A DNA stretch of 37,418 nt. Source: Candidatus Scatosoma sp. (GTDB lineage: Bacteria; Bacillota; Clostridia; Christensenellales; Borkfalkiaceae). Positions 33,897 through 37,418 of this stretch are shown here, piece by piece (the first letter of the stretch is position 1; every line of letters begins with the position of its first letter). Position numbers and translations under genes: made by a program. The notes below the pieces were generated by a model, which saw nothing but the letters and a program-made list of their open reading frames with translations, was not told where the DNA came from and ran no database searches. Location: assembly GCA_045605705.1 (NCBI GenBank), contig JAZUQM010000051.1:1-37418 (forward strand), in the 5' to 3' direction.

Positions 33897-34673
33897 CTAT
33901 TCCTCAGCTACGGCAATTTCTTTTTCAAGCTCGTCTATAAAAACTTCCTTTGCGCCGTCTGGGATATCAAATTGCATTTGACCAAGCTCGTTGCAACGGT
34001 TTAAGCATTTTGCGATAACCTCTTCCCTCGTTTCCTTGTTGGCGATAAGCTGGGAATAAAAAACGGGCTTATCTACGATATACAAGCCATCCTTCTTGCG
34101 GAAGTAGGTAATGTAAATCGGCACGTCCATACCTTTCTTTCTACAAACCTCAGCAAGCGCAACGAAACCAGGGTGAAACCCTTGCAACGTTTCCAAATAT
34201 CCTTGCGTAGAATCTTCAGGAAAAATAACGATATTATCCCCCTGCTGAAGCGCATTGACACTTTCTCTCAAGGTTTTTAACAACCTACCGTCGCGGTACG
34301 TGGAAATTAAATTTAATCCCTTATAAAACAAATTCGTCAAAGGACTGGCAATCAAACAAAACAGCCTCGCCAAGTGCAAATTCCAGTGCTTCTTTTCATG
34401 ATAATATACCCGAGTTTGATACTTATACATAGGGATTAACCCCGAATTCATTTCACTTGCACCCCACATGCGCACAGGCTTATCGCAATAAATTTCCAAA
34501 GACATGGGTGCGTCCGTGCCCTCGTGATTACTTAAAATAATTCCACCATGATTAAATTTTTCACCAAGGTAAACAAAGGTAGGCTGTTTATATCTGCCCT
34601 TCATCAGCCTCTTTAATAACCGAAACCACCATTTCCTTTTTTGTATACTGTTCTTCTTTTGATTTTTTCTCAT
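33897..34673 (-). CDS. 1-acyl-sn-glycerol-3-phosphate acyltransferase family (PlsC-like)
   Basis: The H(X4)D motif is NHEGTDAP, and FPED is present. I chose the start at MRKNQKK, downstream of the promoter at 34706-34734. Confidence 0.8.
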   Translation of the reverse strand: MRKNQKKNSIQKRKWWFRLLKRLMKGRYKQPTFVYLGEKFNHGGIILSNHEGTDAPMSLEIYCDKPVRMWGASEMNSGLIPMYKYQTRVYYHEKKHWNLHLARLFCLIASPLTNLFYKGLNLISTYRDGRLLKTLRESVNALQQGDNIVIFPEDSTQGYLETLQGFHPGFVALAEVCRKKGMDVPIYITYFRKKDGLYIVDKPVFYSQLIANKETREEVIAKCLNRCNELGQMQFDIPDGAKEVFIDELEKEIAVAEE

Positions 34674-34705
34674 TGAGTACTCCGTCTTCTGTAATGCAAT
34701 AAGGC

Positions 34706-34734
34706 AATTATACTCTTCGTAAAAGAATAAATCA
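34706..34734 (-). promoter_or_regulatory. Sigma-70-type promoter for the acyltransferase gene
   Basis: Minus strand: TTGATT, a 17-nt spacer, then TATAAT. Confidence 0.55.
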
Positions 34735-34793
34735 AACGTTATACCGCCACTAAATCCAAGTTTCACCTAGTTTACATAAGACTTCACAAAGCA

Positions 34794-34833
34794 ATCACGC
34801 AGCAGGAAAATCCTGCCGCGTGATATGTTTTTT
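34794..34833. terminator. Hairpin immediately after the stop codon of the Na/Pi fragment
   Basis: ATCACGCAGCAGG-AAAAT-CCTGCCGCGTGAT (12 of 13 bp), with a T-run on the plus side. Confidence 0.5.
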
Positions 34834-34841
34834 CTCTAGTT

Positions 34842-35057
34842 TTATTGTTGCAATAATTTCTTTCTCGACGCGCTTTGCGAACCCGTGGGGTCGAGGATAC
34901 TGTAGCCGACGTTGATAAGGTGGTCGCCTACACGCTCTAACCCTGCAATCGTCGAGGTGAAGTAGGGGCTGAGCTCTACCTTGCAAAGCCCTTCCGCAAG
35001 ACGGGTGTAGTGGCTCGCCGCGAGCAAACGCTTCATACCGTCCACTTGGTTTTCCAA
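34842..35057 (-). pseudogene. Detached 3' fragment (last about 71 codons) of a Na/Pi-cotransporter/PhoU-domain gene
   Basis: The translation matches the C-terminus of 36363..37418 at all but 3-4 residues. There is no 5' part. Homology ends at the stop codon on one side and at about 35058 on the other. Confidence 0.85.
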
Positions 35058-35063
35058 AAACGA

Positions 35064-35092
35064 ATAGCACCCCTTGTGGGTGCTATTTTTTT
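35064..35092 (+). terminator. Terminator module T1' (copy of the tRNA-Ser terminator) with no plus-strand gene upstream
   Basis: AACGAATAGCACCC..GGTGCTATTTTTT is shared with 33677-33708; only the loop differs. Confidence 0.7.
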
Positions 35093-35121
35093 ACAATTTT
35101 TTATAAATAAGCATTTTTATA

Positions 35122-35150
35122 TTGATTTTTTCCTTAAAAAGTGCTATACT
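35122..35150 (+). promoter_or_regulatory. Sigma-70-type promoter for the leader of the bPH-domain gene
   Basis: TTGATT, a 17-nt spacer, then TATACT. Confidence 0.5.
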
Positions 35151-35322
35151 AACTTTGCTCAACAATTTGAATACTGCACGGCAAGCGTTTACAAGGGGGC
35201 ATTGCACCCTTTTTTAGGCTTTTCACACATTGAATTTGAAAAAATACGAATTCCATCAGTGAAGAGCGTTTTACGCTTGTCTAGGTAAAATTGTTGAGCG
35301 ACAATCGGAGTTTGTGTTTTTT

Positions 35323-35351
35323 GTGCGCTAACTTCGGTTGGCGCACTTTTT
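35323..35351 (+). terminator. Intrinsic terminator inside the 5' leader of 35382..35783 (candidate attenuator)
   Basis: GTGCGC-T-AAC-TTCG-GTT-G-GCGCAC followed by TTTTT, ending 30 nt before the ATG. Confidence 0.65.
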
Positions 35352-35381
35352 CTTATCAATAAATTATAAAGGAGAAACAAA

Positions 35382-35783
35382 ATGGGCTATTTAGAAAAAA
35401 ACGTTGTCAGTCCTAATGAAACCATTAAACTCAAACCTCAAAAAAATCCCGTATTCCTCGTTTTTAGATGGATTTGGGGTGTATTGGGCTGTTGGCTGTT
35501 GCTTATCCCTACCATTAAAGCAATCAAGGCTACCATAGAATATAAAACCACCGAATACTTGGTTACCGATAAAAAGGTAATGGAAAAATACGGCTGGGTT
35601 TCCACGCATACGGACGAAATGCCATTAGAGAAAATTGAAAACATCGTGGTTAATTACACCTTTTGGGGAAAAATATTAAACTACGGTACGGTAACCTTCC
35701 AGGGAACCAACCGCAATAATATTAATTTCCGTTACATAAAGGACGCTGAATCCGTAAAACGGGAAATGAATTCGTTATTATAA
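35382..35783 (+). CDS. Membrane protein with a bacterial PH (bPH_2/YdbS-like) domain
   Basis: It has one or two TM helices, then YLVTDKKV...G...(E)...PL.KIENI...G.I.F, typical of DUF304/bPH_2. AAGGAG SD. Confidence 0.75.
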   Translation: MGYLEKNVVSPNETIKLKPQKNPVFLVFRWIWGVLGCWLLLIPTIKAIKATIEYKTTEYLVTDKKVMEKYGWVSTHTDEMPLEKIENIVVNYTFWGKILNYGTVTFQGTNRNNINFRYIKDAESVKREMNSLL

Positions 35784-35809
35784 CTAATACCTAGAAAAAG
35801 TGCAATTTT

Positions 35810-35847
35810 AATGGCGTAGCGATAAAATCGCTACGCCATTACTTTTT
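35810..35847. terminator. Bidirectional terminator between the convergent bPH and YegP-like genes
   Basis: AATGGCGTAGCGAT-AAA-ATCGCTACGCCATT (14-bp stem) followed by a T-run. Confidence 0.85.
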
Positions 35848-35853
35848 CTTCTT

Positions 35854-36255
35854 TTATTTCTCCAAGCTTTCATCTACCACTTCTGCGTTGACTGCGTTTA
35901 CGGAAACGCTTTTCAGTCCGTTCATGACCCCGCTCTTGGATTTGTAACCCTCTTCGCTCATCGCGATACTTTCGCCGTTGGAGGCAATCAGGCGATAGCG
36001 ATATAAGCCCGCTTTATCAAAATACACCTCGAATTTAGGGCATGTTTTAGAAGTAGGATTTTTCAAGGTTTGGTCCTCTATTCTATCCTCTTCAATGCAG
36101 CGAGCGGCATGCTTACCAATACTCTCCATGCCCTTTTTACAAGCCGATTTCGTGGAGTACACCTGCGACGAAACGGCGATTTTCTCCTTGTTTGCCGCAT
36201 ACAAGCTAAAATTGAACGCGCCCGAAGGCGTCTTTTTAATAACGAATTTTCCCAT
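35854..36255 (-). CDS. YegP-like protein, tandem DUF1508 domains
   Basis: There are two repeats of the F.(F/Y)...G.(F/Y)(R/N)(F/Y).L.A.NGE.IA.S(E/Q).Y.SK pattern. Confidence 0.75.
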   Translation of the reverse strand: MGKFVIKKTPSGAFNFSLYAANKEKIAVSSQVYSTKSACKKGMESIGKHAARCIEEDRIEDQTLKNPTSKTCPKFEVYFDKAGLYRYRLIASNGESIAMSEEGYKSKSGVMNGLKSVSVNAVNAEVVDESLEK

Positions 36256-36311
36256 AACCTTTTCACCCCTTTGTATATTTCCGTGGAGAATCCTCCACGC
36301 CTATATTATAA

Positions 36312-36352
36312 CAAAAAAAATCCCGTTTGTAAATACACAAACGAGATTTTTT
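36312..36352. terminator. Terminator after the Na/Pi cotransporter gene
   Basis: An A-run, the hairpin AATCCCGTTTGT-(6 nt)-ACAAACGAGATT, then a T-run. Confidence 0.7.
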
Positions 36353-36362
36353 ATAAAAATTT

Positions 36363-37418
36363 TTATTGCTGCAAAAGCTTTTTCTTGGACGCGCTCTGCG
36401 AACCCGTAGGGTCGAGGATACTGTACCCAACGTTGATAAGGTGGTCGCCTACACGCTCCAAGCCCGCAATCGTGGAAGTGAAATAGGGACTAAGCTCTAC
36501 CTTGCAAAGCCCTTCCGCAAGGCGGGTATAGTGGCTTGCCGCAAGCGAACGCTTCATACCGTCCACCTCGTTTTCCAAATCGGTCAGGTCAAAAAGTCTA
36601 TTTGTTTGCGCGTCGTTAAAGGTTTCCGTTGCGACCTCGAACATCTCCAAAACCTTGCCCTGCATTTCGTTTAAGTCCGCCTTTGCGGAATCGGAGAAGC
36701 GCAAATCCTTGCCCTGCATTTCCACAGCGATTTCATGGAAGTTTTCCGCATGGTCGCCGATACGCTCCAAGTCGTTCAATACATGGAAATAAGTACCGAT
36801 TGTCTTTTCATCTTTCGCGTCCACGAGCGCGGAAAGCTTAATCAAATATTTCGTAAGCGCGTGGTTAGTAAAGTTGATAATCTTTTCTCTGCCCTTGATT
36901 TCCGCCGTCAAATCACTCGCACCGTCCTTCATTGCCTCAAAGGATTTTGTAAGGTTTTCCTTGGCAAGGGATGCCATGTATTCCACTTCCTTCTTTACCT
37001 GCATGAGCGCAACGGGAGGGGTTTTTAACAAAAGCTCGTCGACGAACTTGAGCTGCATACCATTGCTCTTTTCGGGTTTTTCCTTGATTACCACGGTAGC
37101 AAGCTTTACAATTTGTTTCAAGAAAGGAATTAAGATAATCGTATTCAATACGTTGAAGGTAACGTGGAACCAAGCCAACTGCATTTGAGGATTGCCGGGC
37201 AGGCAAGTTTGCAATAATTGCACCACGAAGCCCTTGAACGGCCAAACGAGCGCCATGAACACGAGCGCGCCAAATGTCTTTACCGAGAAGTGCATAAACG
37301 CAGTACGCTTTGCGTTGACGGAAGCACCAAGACACGCAAGCAAGGCGGTTGCGCAAGTACCGATATTCGACCCCAAAACGAGAAACAATGCATCCTCTAA
37401 ACGAAGCGTACCCGTACC
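36363..37418 (-). CDS. Na/Pi cotransporter family protein with C-terminal PhoU-like repeats, 5' end beyond the window
   Basis: A TM region is followed by two PhoU-like motifs (DLERIGDHAENF and GLERVGDHLINV). The ORF is open to the window edge. Confidence 0.85.
   Translation of the reverse strand, partial: GTGTLRLEDALFLVLGSNIGTCATALLACLGASVNAKRTAFMHFSVKTFGALVFMALVWPFKGFVVQLLQTCLPGNPQMQLAWFHVTFNVLNTIILIPFLKQIVKLATVVIKEKPEKSNGMQLKFVDELLLKTPPVALMQVKKEVEYMASLAKENLTKSFEAMKDGASDLTAEIKGREKIINFTNHALTKYLIKLSALVDAKDEKTIGTYFHVLNDLERIGDHAENFHEIAVEMQGKDLRFSDSAKADLNEMQGKVLEMFEVATETFNDAQTNRLFDLTDLENEVDGMKRSLAASHYTRLAEGLCKVELSPYFTSTIAGLERVGDHLINVGYSILDPTGSQSASKKKLLQQ

Overview
This is a 37.4-kb chromosomal window of roughly 50% GC. 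It looks like a Firmicutes/Clostridia-type genome; this is an inference from AddAB, tilS-hpt, tsaC(ywlC)-ywlE-rpiB(ywlF) synteny, DegV and a DnaD/DnaB-type initiator. Most of it is housekeeping. The genes are two tandem ABC ATPase+permease pairs, addB-addA, hpt-tilS, pfkA, a GH43 hydrolase and an S51 peptidase. They continue with rpiB, an LMW phosphatase, tsaC, the replicative helicase dnaB, pepF and the UPF0237/UPF0210 pair. The rest are degV, lepB, an alpha/beta-hydrolase-like protein, a DnaD-like protein, a PlsC-type acyltransferase and a partial Na/Pi cotransporter. There are three tRNA genes: Gln-CUG, Leu-CAG and Ser-GGA. I found no rRNA, CRISPR array, transposase, integrase or recognisable multi-gene defence system. 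The unusual content is non-coding or fragmentary. (1) A 31-nt imperfect palindrome occurs four times, always exactly at a gene junction, donating a TAA stop to the upstream gene and an AGG/SD-like arm to the downstream one. Two inverted copies bracket 232 bp upstream of dnaB. (2) Two or three intergenic arrays have a short 8-10 nt core repeated directly and then invertedly, interleaved with small unique hairpins. (3) The 3' ends of tRNA-Leu and tRNA-Ser are duplicated around short inserts. (4) Next to tRNA-Leu sits an orphan MuF-type toxin fragment plus a DUF4926-like putative immunity gene. (5) A diverged 217-bp copy of the Na/Pi transporter 3' end flanks a small bPH/YegP cassette. (6) A terminator-containing leader lies upstream of the bPH gene. 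All functional interpretations of these elements are hypotheses; I could not run any search or folding.
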